IMG/VR virus record: IMGVR_UViG_2721755721_000007
Length of the DNA stretch: 42,037 nt
Direction: 5' to 3' (one strand)
Source of the DNA: a virus
Taxonomy: Duplodnaviria; Heunggongvirae; Uroviricota; Caudoviricetes
A model generated the notes under the pieces. The model had not been told where the DNA came from, did no database searches, and saw only the letters and a list, made by a program, of their open reading frames with translations. Made by a program: the position numbers and the translations under genes. Positions 29,116 to 42,037 of the stretch are shown here, piece by piece (the stretch's first letter is position 1; each line of letters starts with the position of its first letter).

Positions 29116-29792
29116 CAGTGGCTGCTCCCTTTTATTTCGCGGATAAGTGTCTGTAATAACGCCGGCGTCAGTTTACCTTTAAGCCTGAGAGTTCCGGCCG
29201 GCAGAACCAGCTCACAACACAGACTGTCGGACGGTGTATTTATCTGCTCTGGTTCCTGTGCGGGGGCCGGGATTTTATTATCCGGCTCCGGCGTTAACGT
29301 CACGGGAAGCAGTGCCGGCATATTTTTTCCGGAAGGCAGCAGGCCACCTTTCCGGTATTGATGGCGCCAGTTGAAGAGCAGGTTATCGTTGATTCCGTTT
29401 TCCCGGGCGATCTGCGCCACACAGGCTCCGGGCTGTAGTGACTGCTCCACTAAGGCGATTTTAAACTCATAAGGGAAGTTGGGCCGCCGGGGACGTTTTT
29501 TTACCACGGGGGCTTCGGATATAACGGTGCTTTCAGGACGTACGACTGGTACCGTGGAAAATTGTCCGTAAAGGCAGGCATCAAGTTCCTGCTCCGACAT
29601 GCCTGCGGGCAAAGGCCACGAAAGGCCAGCTCTCCGAAAGCGCACGAACATACTACAAACTGTTGATTTTGGTACACTCAGGCGACGCCCGGCCACAACC
29701 CGGGGTAAATGTTCTTCAAAGTGAAGACGTAAAGCTTCAGTGATCCAGGTCCGGTGTTTCATACGATAGTGTCCATTAAAAATGATGGACAT
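29115..29792 (-). CDS. IS66-family TnpA/Orf1-like HTH protein (start uncertain; tracked ORF 225 aa)
   Basis: Contains the HTH motif PGACVAQIARENGINDNLLFNWRHQYRKGG typical of IS66 Orf1; the long N-terminal extension may not all be translated. Confidence 0.6.
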   Translation of the reverse strand: MSIIFNGHYRMKHRTWITEALRLHFEEHLPRVVAGRRLSVPKSTVCSMFVRFRRAGLSWPLPAGMSEQELDACLYGQFSTVPVVRPESTVISEAPVVKKRPRRPNFPYEFKIALVEQSLQPGACVAQIARENGINDNLLFNWRHQYRKGGLLPSGKNMPALLPVTLTPEPDNKIPAPAQEPEQINTPSDSLCCELVLPAGTLRLKGKLTPALLQTLIREIKGSSH

Positions 29793-31072
29793 TATTTTTG
29801 TAGAGCCGGAGGAAACAGACCAGACGGTTTAAATGAGCCGGTTACCTTTTGTTTGAGGATTGTCACTTTTGAATCAGCACCTGCGATGCTATTGAGATAT
29901 GTAGTCCAGAGTTCCAGAGCATCCAGTTTTTTAGCCATAAACTTACTCCGGTTGTAAACACCTGCCACGCCAGGTAGCGCATGGCCTAACAGTTGTTCTA
30001 CTACATAAAATTCAACACCGAGATCACTTAGATGAGTAGATAGCGTTCTTCTAAGGTCGTGTAGTGACCATTGTTTTTCATGGCCCAAACGTTTACCGAT
30101 TTTCCCCCCAATCTTGCTTACGCTTTCTCTAATTCGCAGACTTCCCAGCACATAACCAGTATGTTTTGTCTCTTCGTGAACATCCGTTACCCACTGTCGT
30201 AGAATTTCAGGTACTGGTCTGACGATTTCAACACCAGTTTTTGAGTGATCTTTTGGTACAGTCCAAACCCAACTTTCGAGATCCCATTCGCTCCATTCTG
30301 ATAATCGGGCTTCACTCATTCGACATCCAAATACTGTACAAAGCACAAACATTTTTCGCGTGTATTCAGACATTAGTTTTAAATCAGGCTCGACAAAAAT
30401 TGCCTTCCAGAGCTGGCCGAGTTCGGCTTCATCCAGAACCCGATCCCGCTTACCTGCAATCTGCCCCACATCACTCATGCGCAAATCCTTTAAAGCATCA
30501 CACGTCGCGTACTGGCGTACCCGACAAAAACGAAGAGCTAATTTAGTGTCAGAAAAAACATACGCCGCCATAACTGGTGCATTACGTTTAATTCGGTCAA
30601 AACAGTCCAGCCATTCATATAGGTGAGTGTCATTTACGGGCAAATGACCGATATAGGGAAAGATATGCTTTCGAAATCTGCCAAGCGTTACAGCATGAGT
30701 TTTACGACGCACCTTACAGTAATTTTCATACCAGTAATTTAGTGCATCCTCCACTGTGACCGGCTTTAAGCGTTCTTCAGCCTGAATCTTAATCTGGATA
30801 CGCGGATCACGTTTGTCAGCCAACCAACCACGGCACTCGTCGCGCTTTTCCCTTGCCTGTTTGAGTGACATATCAGGATATTTACCCAACGTTAGCCAGA
30901 CCGGAGCAGCCCGGCCACCTGCTAACCTGTAGAAGAAAACAAAGCTCACAGCCCCTTTAGTACTCACACGAATAGAAAGCCCCTTTCCATCAGCAATGGT
31001 GATCTGCTTTTCTCTGGGTTTCCCCAGATATCCTTTAAGCGCTTTGTCGCTCAGTTTGTTCTCGCCAGCCAT
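29792..31072 (-). CDS. int: P4-type tyrosine integrase; native 3' end interrupted by the IS66 at ~29846
   Basis: H-x-x-R box (HDLRRT), LLGH and a conserved Tyr in GVYNR near the C-terminus. Start taken at MAGENKLSDK. The reading frame runs into the IS, adding ~18 foreign codons. Confidence 0.85.
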   Translation of the reverse strand: MAGENKLSDKALKGYLGKPREKQITIADGKGLSIRVSTKGAVSFVFFYRLAGGRAAPVWLTLGKYPDMSLKQAREKRDECRGWLADKRDPRIQIKIQAEERLKPVTVEDALNYWYENYCKVRRKTHAVTLGRFRKHIFPYIGHLPVNDTHLYEWLDCFDRIKRNAPVMAAYVFSDTKLALRFCRVRQYATCDALKDLRMSDVGQIAGKRDRVLDEAELGQLWKAIFVEPDLKLMSEYTRKMFVLCTVFGCRMSEARLSEWSEWDLESWVWTVPKDHSKTGVEIVRPVPEILRQWVTDVHEETKHTGYVLGSLRIRESVSKIGGKIGKRLGHEKQWSLHDLRRTLSTHLSDLGVEFYVVEQLLGHALPGVAGVYNRSKFMAKKLDALELWTTYLNSIAGADSKVTILKQKVTGSFKPSGLFPPALQK

Positions 31073-31234
31073 TTTTAGCCCCAAAAAGCAATACAAGCTG
31101 CAATACAGAGATGATTGCAACACACAGATAACGAGGAAAATTCAGTGAAAGCACCAGATAAACTTATTCTTTATTATCAAAAGATTAAGTGTAAAAACCA
31201 GCAACTACACGAAAGCCTCAGAAAGCCATGCTAA

Positions 31235-31244
31235 GTGCTTCGGC
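31235..31244. repeat. 10-bp att core / direct repeat TGCTTCGGCT (island left junction)
   Basis: Identical to 17339-17348; capsid gene E sequence resumes on the far side. Confidence 0.75.
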
Positions 31245-31480
31245 TTGACATATCCCGGTGTAAATTCAGAGGTGGAGCCGCCACGGGAGCGGATAACCTC
31301 ACCGGAAACAATCGGCGAAACGTACAGCGCCATGTTTACCAGTCCCGGAATTTGTGAGAGATAGACTTTCTCCGTGGTGAAGGGATAGCTCTCACGGAAA
31401 AAGAGACGCAGAAACAGCGGATCAAACTTAAATTTCTTCTCATTTGCCGCCAGCAGCTGGGCGGTTGTGTACATCGACAT
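31235..31480 (-). pseudogene. E: 5' fragment of major capsid gene E (codons 1-82), reading into island DNA to a stop at 31205
   Basis: MSMYTTAQLLAANEKKFKFDPLFLRLFFRESYPFTTEKVYLSQIPGLVNMALYVSPIVSGEVIRSRGGSTSEFTPGYVKPKH matches the lambda gpE N-terminus, then 9 foreign codons (LAWLSEAFV). Confidence 0.9.
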
Positions 31481-31535
31481 AAAAAAATCCCGTAAAAAAA
31501 GCCGCACAGGCGGCCTTTAGTGATGAAGGGTAAGG

Positions 31536-31868
31536 TTAAACGATGCTGATTGCCGTTCCGGCAAACGCGGTCCGTTTTTTCGTCTCGTCGCTGGCAGCCT
31601 CCGGCCAGAGCACATCCTCATAACGGAACGTGCCGGACTTGTAGAACGTCAGCGTGGTGCTGGTCTGGTCAGCATCAACCGCCAGAATGCCAACGGCAGT
31701 ACCGTCGGTGGTGCCATCCCACGCAACCAGCTTACGGGTGGAGGTGTCCAGCATCAGCGGGGTCATTGCAGGCGCTTTCGCACTCAATCCGCCGGGCGCG
31801 GTTGCCGTATGTGCCGGGTCACTGTTGCCCAGCGGCTGGTAATGGGTAAAGGTTTCTTTGCTCGTCAT
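31536..31868 (-). CDS. D: Head decoration protein D (110 aa)
   Basis: [43 protein letters not shown]... matches lambda gpD. Confidence 0.9.
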   Translation of the reverse strand: MTSKETFTHYQPLGNSDPAHTATAPGGLSAKAPAMTPLMLDTSTRKLVAWDGTTDGTAVGILAVDADQTSTTLTFYKSGTFRYEDVLWPEAASDETKKRTAFAGTAISIV

Positions 31869-31877
31869 AAACATCCC

Positions 31878-33177
31878 TTACACTGGTGTGTTCAGCAAAT
31901 CGTTAACGGCATCAGATGCCGGGTTACCTGCAGCCAGCGGTGCCGGTGCCCCCTGCATCAGACGATCCAGCGCAGTGTCACTGCGCGCCTGTGCACTCTG
32001 TGGTGCAGCTGCCAGAATGCGGCGGGCCGTTTCCACGGTCATACCGGGGGTTTCTGCCAGCACGCGGGCCTGTTCTTCGCGTCCGTGAGCCTCCTCACAG
32101 TTGAGGATCCCCATAATGCGGCTATTTTCTGCCGCAACCGCAGCGGTGATCTGCGCGTTCACGTCCGGCTGCGCCGCGCTGGCGTTTTCGCCCTCCGTCG
32201 CTGGCACCACGTCAGTAACGTCAGTCTGCGAAGCAGTGGCTGAAACAGTTGTTGATTGAGTCTCTTTGGTCATTCGTCCTCCTGAGAGACGGGATTTACG
32301 CGCATCCAGTGCATCACGCATGACGGTGATCGCATCGGTGCTGTTAACAAGTTCATCAGCCAGTCCGGCATCAATGGCCTCCTGACCGCTGTACACTGCA
32401 GCCTCGGTATCCAGCACAGCCTGCACAGACAGGCCGGTATATGCCGACACCTTCTGCGCAAACATCTGGCGGGTTGCGTCCATCCGGGACTGCAGTGTCT
32501 CCCGGACGTCATCCGGAAGATGGCTGTAGGGATTGCCATCCACCTTATGGCTGCCGCTGTAAATCAGCGTGATTTCCACACCCTGTTTCTCCAGGGCAGC
32601 ACCGTAATTACTGTGAGCCATCATGACGCCGATGGAGCCTGTCCGGGCGGTCTGCGTGACCAGACGCCGGGAGGCGGCACTGGCAAGCAGCTGACCTGCA
32701 CTGCAGTTCATGTCGTTGGCCAGCGCCCATACCGGTTTTATGTCTCGCACACGGGCGATGATGTCAGCGCAGTCAAATGCCCCCGCCACCATTCCGCCTG
32801 GCGTGTCCATATCGAGCAGAATGCCGTCCACCATCGGGTCGCTGGCAGCCTGTTGCAGACGGGCGATAATGCCGTTGTAACCGGTCATCCCCGAGTACGG
32901 CTGCAGCGCCCGCGTCCGGCTGACCAGCGTGCCGGACACCGGCAGCACGGCGATGCCGTTCATGACCTGATAACTGCGGGCCTGTCGTGGTCCGTCATCA
33001 TCACCGGATAATGCCAGCGTCGCGAGTGCCTCCTGGGCAGTCAGGCTGTCGCCGGACACCGCATCCGTCAGGCGGCTGATCCCAAGCTGGCCTGCAAGCG
33101 CACAAAAGAAAACCCGCGCATAGGCGGGTTCAAGCATCAGCGGCTCATTAAAGGCCATGCTGGCAATATGCGGGAGA

Positions 33178-33197
<20 letters not shown>
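31878..33197 (-). CDS. C: Capsid assembly protease C (S49 family); the scaffold Nu3 is expected in-frame within its 3' part
   Basis: (M/V)TAELRNLPHIASMAFNEPLMLEPAYARVFFCALAGQLGIS... matches lambda gpC; start taken at codon 50 of the tracked ORF. Confidence 0.85.
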
Positions 33198-36878
<3,681 letters not shown>

Positions 36879-36904
<26 letters not shown>

Positions 36905-37424
36905 TCAGCAACCCCGGTATCAGTTCATCCAGCGCGGCTGCTTTGTTCATGGCTTTGATGATATCCCGTTTCAGGAAATCAACATGTCGGTTTTCCAGTT
37001 CCGGAAAACGCCGCTGCACCGACAGGGGGATCCCGTCGAGAATACTGGCAATTTCACCTGCGATCCGCGACAACACGAAAGTACAGAATGCGGTTTCCAC
37101 CACTTCAGCGGAGTCTCTGGCATTCTTCAGTTCCTGTGCGTCGGCCTGCGCACGCGTAAGTCGATGGCGTTCGTACTCAATAGTCCCTGGCTGGAGATCT
37201 GCCTCGCTGGCCTGCCGCAGTTCTTCAACCTCCCGGCGCAGCTTTTCGTTCTCAATTTCAGCATCCCTTTCGGCATACCATTTTATGACGGCGGCAGAGT
37301 CATAAAGCACCTCATTACCCTTGCCACCGCCTCGCAGAACGGGCATTCCCTGTTCCTGCCAGTTCTGAATGGTACGGATACTCGCACCGAAAATGTCAGC
37401 CAGCTGCTTTTTGTTGACTTCCAT
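36879..37424 (-). CDS. nu1: Terminase small subunit Nu1 (181 aa)
   Basis: Matches lambda gpNu1 over its full length. Confidence 0.9.
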
Positions 37425-37439
37425 TGTTCATTCCACGGA

Positions 37440-37620
37440 CAAAAACAGAGAAAGGAAACGACAGAGGCCAAAAAGCTCGCTTTCAGCACCTGTCGTTTCC
37501 TTTCTTTTCAGGGGGTATTTTAAATAAAAACATTAAGTTACGACGAAGAAGAACGGAAACACCTTAAACCGGAAAATTTTCATAAATAGCGAAAACCCGC
37601 GAGGTCGCCGCCCCGTAACC
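37440..37620. other. Prophage cos site (cosB R-sites, cosN, cosQ side)
   Basis: Sequence matches the joined lambda ends as I remember them; the 12-nt cohesive-end sequence is present as its reverse complement AGGTCGCCGCCC at 37602-37613, between Rz-side DNA and nu1. Confidence 0.8.
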
Positions 37621-37812
37621 TGTCGGATCGCCGGAAAGGACCCGCAAAATGATAATAATTATCATCTGCATGTCACAACGTGCATCTACGCCATCAAACC
37701 ACGTCAAATAATCAATTATGACGCAGGTATCATATTAATTGATCTGCATCAACTTAACGTAAAAACAACTTCAGACAATACAAATCAGCGACACTAAATA
37801 CGGGACAACCTC

Positions 37813-38046
37813 ATGTCAACGAAGAACAGAACCCGCAGAACAACAATCCGCAACATCCGCTTTCCTAACCAAATGATTGAACAAATTAACATCGCTCTTG
37901 ATCAAAAAGGGTACGGGAATTTCTCAGCCTGGGTCATTGAAGCCTGCCGCCGGAGACTGTGCTCAGAAAAAAGAGTTTCTCCTGAAGCAAACAAAGAAAA
38001 GAGTGACATTACTGAATTGCTCAGAAAACAGATCAGACCAGATTGA
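37813..38046 (+). CDS. Hypothetical protein (77 aa), homologue of a small lambda right-end ORF
   Basis: MSTKNRTRRTTIRNIRFPNQMIEQINIALDQKGYGNFSAWVIEACRRR matches a small ORF near the lambda right end from memory. Confidence 0.6.
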   Translation: MSTKNRTRRTTIRNIRFPNQMIEQINIALDQKGYGNFSAWVIEACRRRLCSEKRVSPEANKEKSDITELLRKQIRPD

Positions 38047-38087
38047 AGCAATTTAGATAATCGTGCAGACTACGCCCCTCATATCAC

Positions 38088-38513
38088 ATGGAAGGTACTA
38101 CAATGGCTCAGGTTGCCATTTTTAAACAAATATTCGATAAAGTGCGAAATAATTTAAACTATCACTGGTTTTATTCTGAACTAAAACGTCACAATGTCTC
38201 ACATTACATTTACTATTTAGCTACAGAGAATATTCATCTTGTTCTTGAAAACGATAATACGGTTTTAATAAAAGGACAGGGTAAGGTTGTAAATGTAAGA
38301 TTTTCAAAAAATAAATGCCTTATAGAAGCCACCTTAAAAGGATTCAAATCAGGAGAGTTATCATTTTACGAATACAGGAAAAATCTTGCTACAGCAGGGG
38401 TTTTCAGATGGATTACAAATATCCACGAAAACAAAAGGTATTACTATACCTTTGATAATTCATTACTCTTTACTGAGAACATTCAGAACACTACACAAAT
38501 ATTTCCGCACTAA
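38088..38513 (+). CDS. Hypothetical protein (~136-141 aa), homologue of a lambda right-end ORF
   Basis: MAQVAIFK...[15 protein letters not shown]...[26 protein letters not shown] matches the ORF next to bor in lambda from memory; start is either 38088 or the MAQVA Met at 38103. Confidence 0.6.
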   Translation: MEGTTMAQVAIFKQIFDKVRNNLNYHWFYSELKRHNVSHYIYYLATENIHLVLENDNTVLIKGQGKVVNVRFSKNKCLIEATLKGFKSGELSFYEYRKNLATAGVFRWITNIHENKRYYYTFDNSLLFTENIQNTTQIFPH

Positions 38514-39004
38514 ATCATAACGTCCGGTTTCTTCCGTGCCAGAACCGGACTCGCTGGCATGATGAAATATGTGTACCCGGTAACCCCGGTGTGCATCGTT
38601 TTTGATTATTCCCGCACACTCGCGCAGAAGGAGTTCCCCGTCGGGCTACGGTCTCTGTTAATACGGGAATACGGCGACGATACAGCGCATGATGTGTCAG
38701 GCTTGAATACCTTTATCCTTTAAAAGGGATATCAGTTAAGTTATCCCGTGTAGGGTATAAACCATTATCAAAGCCACTCTGTAGGAAGTGGCTTTTGTAA
38801 TGGCAATAAAAAGCCCCGCGAATGCGAGGCTAAATCCTGGTATTTGTAATGACTGGCTCTTATCTCAACGCAGCCCCTTACCGCGCGCAAAATGCTCAAT
38901 ATCAAGCATCAGCAATGAGATGTTTAATCTGGATTCACTCCAGAAGTGAGCACCACCCTGTCTACAGAGCCAGATGTGAAGGATGATGAGTAAAATTATC
39001 GCTA

Positions 39005-39472
39005 TCATCGAAGGCATTGCGTCCTGATGTATTCCTGAAGCGTTCTCAGTGCTGTTTGGTCGCGGATAATTCCGTCCCGGACACCGAGAACGTTTCGTCC
39101 AGCAACTGGAGAGAGTTCGACGGTGGCATCATTGCCCATGCCGGAGGCGCTGGAGGTTTCGGCTGAGGATGGCACAGGGCATTTTCCTTTGACGAGCACC
39201 CGACCACCATTATCAAGCTTGCGCCGAAGAGCATCATTTTCAGCTTTCGCATCAGCTAACTCCTTCGTGTATTTATCATCGAGTGCATCAGCATCACGCT
39301 GGCGCTGCTGCATGTCAGTAATGGTGGCGTTCGCCTTCTCCAGTTCACTGGCCTTGTTATCGCGCTGTTCTTTGTAGGCGATTGCATTATCACGGTAATG
39401 ATTAACAGCCCATGACAGGCAGACGATGATGCAGATAACCAGAGCGGAGATAATCGCGGTTACCCTGCTCAT
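39005..39472 (-). CDS. Rz: i-spanin Rz
   Basis: [41 protein letters not shown]... has the lambda Rz N-terminus with a divergent C-terminus; start overlaps the R stop (ATGA). Confidence 0.85.
   Translation of the reverse strand: MSRVTAIISALVICIIVCLSWAVNHYRDNAIAYKEQRDNKASELEKANATITDMQQRQRDADALDDKYTKELADAKAENDALRRKLDNGGRVLVKGKCPVPSSAETSSASGMGNDATVELSPVAGRNVLGVRDGIIRDQTALRTLQEYIRTQCLR
39046..39252 (-). CDS. Rz1: o-spanin Rz1 (lipoprotein), embedded in Rz in the +1 frame
   Basis: [19 protein letters not shown] with a lipobox Cys, then a Pro-rich stretch [11 protein letters not shown], as in lambda Rz1. Confidence 0.8.
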   Translation of the reverse strand: MRKLKMMLFGASLIMVVGCSSKENALCHPQPKPPAPPAWAMMPPSNSLQLLDETFSVSGTELSATKQH

Positions 39473-39966
39473 TGTTGCCCCCACAAACAGACCTCACGCT
39501 CAATCTCACGACGAGTCATCAGGCCTTTCCATTGCTTACCGCCAGCGTATGCCCAGCGACGTAGCTGGTCACATGCGCCCTTGATATCGCCCTGGTTTAT
39601 TTTGCGAAGAAGAGTAGATGTTCTGAAATTGCCTGCGCCCACGTTATAGACGAACGAGTAAAGAGCGCCGCGCGTTGTTTCCGGTATATCGACTTTGATG
39701 TACGGGTTAATTTGTCTGGCTACCGTGGCAAGGTCTTTATTCAGGAGGGCTTTGCATTCTGCTTCGGTATACGTTTTACCGGGAATGATGTCTTTTCCTG
39801 TATGCCCGTGACATACAGTCCATACGCCAACGATATCTTTGTATGGTATGTAGCTGACACCTTCCAGACCATCGTTACCACTTGGGCCAGTGATTAACAC
39901 TGATGCTATAGCAATTGCTCCGCCACCAATAGCAGCAGCAACGGCTTTTCGTAATGATGGAGGCAT
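39469..39966 (-). CDS. R: SAR endolysin (GH24 lysozyme with N-terminal signal-anchor-release domain), P21 R-like, 165 aa
   Basis: [44 protein letters not shown]... is near-identical to the P21 endolysin as I recall it. Confidence 0.85.
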   Translation of the reverse strand: MPPSLRKAVAAAIGGGAIAIASVLITGPSGNDGLEGVSYIPYKDIVGVWTVCHGHTGKDIIPGKTYTEAECKALLNKDLATVARQINPYIKVDIPETTRGALYSFVYNVGAGNFRTSTLLRKINQGDIKGACDQLRRWAYAGGKQWKGLMTRREIEREVCLWGQQ

Positions 39967-40097
39967 TATTCACCTCTCGCAGCCTTGCGCTTATCTTCTT
40001 TAATCTTGAAATAAAGGTTTGTCAGGTACGTCAGCAGGCCAAATACCAAGCTACCCAGCACACCTATTGCTGCCCACTGTGAGGGCGTGACTTTATC
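39966..40097 (-). pseudogene. S: 3' remnant of a pinholin S gene (P21 S-like), 5' part displaced by the IS66 insertion
   Basis: Encodes ...[43 protein letters not shown], matching the P21 holin C-terminal half; upstream codons are IS terminal sequence. Confidence 0.8.
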
Positions 40098-40182
40098 GTA
40101 AGCGTAAACTGACCGCCGTATGTAGCCATCAGACGAGAATTGGTAACTTAGACGCCCATCTGATATAGACGGACATCTAAGT

Positions 40183-40537
40183 ATGGAATTACAGGACTGG
40201 CGAAAAGAACCTCGTAAAAACTATTCGAATGAATTCAAACTTCGTATGGTGGAACTGGCATCACAACCTGGAGCTTGTGTTGCACAGATTGCACGTGGAA
40301 AATGGCGTCAATGATAATGTTATTTTCAAATGGCTCAGGCTCTGGCAGAACGAAGGGCGTGTTTCGCGGCGTCTTCCGGTAACGACCTCTTCTGACACTG
40401 GCGTTGAATTATTACCTGTAGAAATAACGCCGGATGGAGCAGAAAGAACCTGTGGCGGCCATTGCGCCGTCTTTATCCACTTCCACTCAGACCAGAGTCA
40501 GTGCCAGTTCCTGCAAGGTGGAATTCCGTCACGGTAA
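40183..40537 (+). pseudogene. IS66 tnpA/orf1 with a frameshift
   Basis: Frame 1 gives [43 protein letters not shown]; the conserved continuation ...NVIFKWLRLWQNEGR lies in another frame, consistent with a 1-nt insertion near 40300. Confidence 0.7.
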
Positions 40538-40606
40538 CATGACGCTGGAAAATCCATCGCCAGAGCTGCTCACAGTGTTGATCCGTGAACTGACCGGGAG
40601 GGGAAG

Positions 40607-40957
40607 ATGATCTCACTCCCATCAGGTACCCGTATCTGGCTCGTTGCCGGCGTTACCGATATGCGTAAATCCTTCAACGGACTGGGAGAACAGGTACAAC
40701 ATGTGCTGAATGATAATCCCTTCTCCGGTCACCTGTTTATCTTCCGTGGCCGACGGGGTGACACCGTCAAAATTCTTTGGGCTGATGCTGATGGTCTGTG
40801 CCTGTTCACCAAACGCCTGGAGGAAGGCCAGTTTATCTGGCCTGCGGTACGTGACGGCAAGGTATCCATTACCCGCTCGCAACTGGCAATGCTCCTCGAT
40901 AAGCTGGACTGGCGTCAGCCAAAAACATCCAGCCGTAACTCACTGACAATGTTGTAA
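40607..40957 (+). CDS. IS66-family TnpB (116 aa)
   Basis: MISLPSGTRIWLVAGVTDMRKSFNGLGEQVQ...HLFIFRGRRGD is the conserved IS66 Orf2. Confidence 0.85.
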   Translation: MISLPSGTRIWLVAGVTDMRKSFNGLGEQVQHVLNDNPFSGHLFIFRGRRGDTVKILWADADGLCLFTKRLEEGQFIWPAVRDGKVSITRSQLAMLLDKLDWRQPKTSSRNSLTML

Positions 40958-40987
40958 AAAACTCCTGACCGCATTATAAAAACGGTC

Positions 40988-42037
40988 ATGAGTCAGAAAT
41001 ACCTCATTCGCATCGCAGAGCTGGAAAGGTTGCTCTCTGAGCAGGCTGAAGCCCTCCGTCAGAAAGACCAGCAACTGAGTCTGGTTGAAGAGACGGAAGC
41101 CTTCCTGCGCTCTGCACTGACACGTGCCGAAGAAAAGATCGAAGAAGATGAACGGGAAATAGAACATCTGCGGGCTCAGATAGAAAAACTGCGCCGGATG
41201 CTGTTCGGTACCCGTTCTGAAAAACTGCGTCGTGAAGTTGAACTGGCTGAGGCTCTGCTGAAACAACGTGAACAGGACAGCGATCGTTACAGTGGGCGGG
41301 AAGACGATCCTCAGGTTCCCCGCCAGTTGCGACAGTCGCGCCATCGTCGTCCGTTACCGGCACACCTTCCCCGTGAAATACACCGCCTGGAGCCAGAAGA
41401 AAGCTGTTGCCCGGAGTGTGGCGGTGAGCTGGATTATCTGGGGGAAGTCAGCGCTGAACAGCTGGAACTGGTGAGCAGTGCCCTGAAAGTGATCCGCACA
41501 GAACGGGTAAAAAAAGCCTGTACAAAATGTGACTGTATTGTTGAAGCACCGGCGCCGTCCCGCCCGATAGAGCGTGGTATCGCGGGCCCCGGATTACTTG
41601 CCCGCGTGTTAACGGGAAAATACTGCGAACATCTGCCACTGTATCGTCAGAGTGAAATCTTTGCCCGCCAGGGTGTCGAACTGAGCCGGGCCTTACTCTC
41701 CAACTGGGTTGACGCGTGCTGCCAGTTAATGACACCGGTGAATGATGCCCTGTACCGTTATGTAATGAACACCCGCAAGGTTCACACTGATGACACACCG
41801 GTAAAGGTACTGGCACCGGGTCAGAAAAGGCGAAAACAGGGCGTATCTGGACGTATGTCCGGGATGATCGCAATGTGGGTTCGTCATCTCCTCCAGCGGT
41901 CTGGTTCGCGTACTCGCCGAACCGGCAGGGGAAACACCCGGAGCAACACCTCCGCCCCTTCCGGGGTATCCTGCAGGCGGATGCGTTCACAGGTTACGAC
42001 AGGTTGTTCAGTGCAGAACGTGAAGGTGGTGCACTGA
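40988..42037 (+). pseudogene. IS66 tnpC, frameshifted near 41830 and truncated by the window end
   Basis: Matches IS66 TnpC up to ~LAPGQ; the conserved continuation [26 protein letters not shown]...GILQADAFTGYDRLF is in a different frame. Confidence 0.7.

Larger units (their letters stand above)
27147..29845 (-). mobile_element. IS66-family insertion sequence (~2.7 kb), apparently intact, inserted between int and alpA
   Basis: Three ORFs tnpA/tnpB/tnpC in the IS66 arrangement; ends GTAAGCG... and ...CGGTTAC; flanked by a direct duplication ttttgttt (27139-27146 and ~29847-29854). Confidence 0.8.
40098..42037 (+). mobile_element. Second, different IS66-family element inserted in the holin gene; degenerate; truncated by the window end
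   Basis: Begins GTAAGCGTAAACTGACC...; carries tnpA, tnpB and tnpC homologues ~75% identical in protein to those of the first IS66. Confidence 0.8.

Noticed and set aside
31073-31123. Upstream extension of the integrase ORF (MLQSSLYCSLYCFLGLK)
   Set aside because: Hydrophobic and non-conserved; the integrase homology begins at the Met of MAGENKLSDK.
40229-40537. 102-aa ORF as an intact gene
   Set aside because: It is the out-of-frame continuation of the IS66 tnpA after a 1-nt frameshift, not an independent gene.

Overview
This window is the late (morphogenesis and lysis) region of a lambda-like prophage, lying in reverse orientation, with a ~13.9 kb satellite-like island inserted into its major capsid gene E. 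All identifications are from reading the sequence and from remembered protein sequences; no database search was run. Prophage genes on the minus strand, from high to low coordinates: IS66-disrupted holin, SAR endolysin R, Rz/Rz1, cos, Nu1, A, W, B, C, D, E (split), FI, FII, Z, U, V, G/T, H, M, L, K, I, J, lom, stf, tfa. Gene E is split after codon 82 by an island (about 17349..31234) flanked by a 10-bp direct repeat. The island has PICI-like architecture: P4-type integrase, AlpA, small ORFs, primase-helicase, iteron origin, SSB, its own E-like capsid and D-like decoration homologues, an AlpA-like HTH protein, a cos site with altered cosN, and a terS whose 5' half is near-identical to the prophage nu1. 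It carries two AT-rich cargo loci that are the best candidates for an undescribed function: a DUF2971-like gene at one edge, and a small RHH protein plus a 449-aa orphan protein next to alpA. Two different IS66-family elements are present: one inside the island between int and alpA, and one in the prophage holin gene with frameshifted transposase genes, running off the window end.
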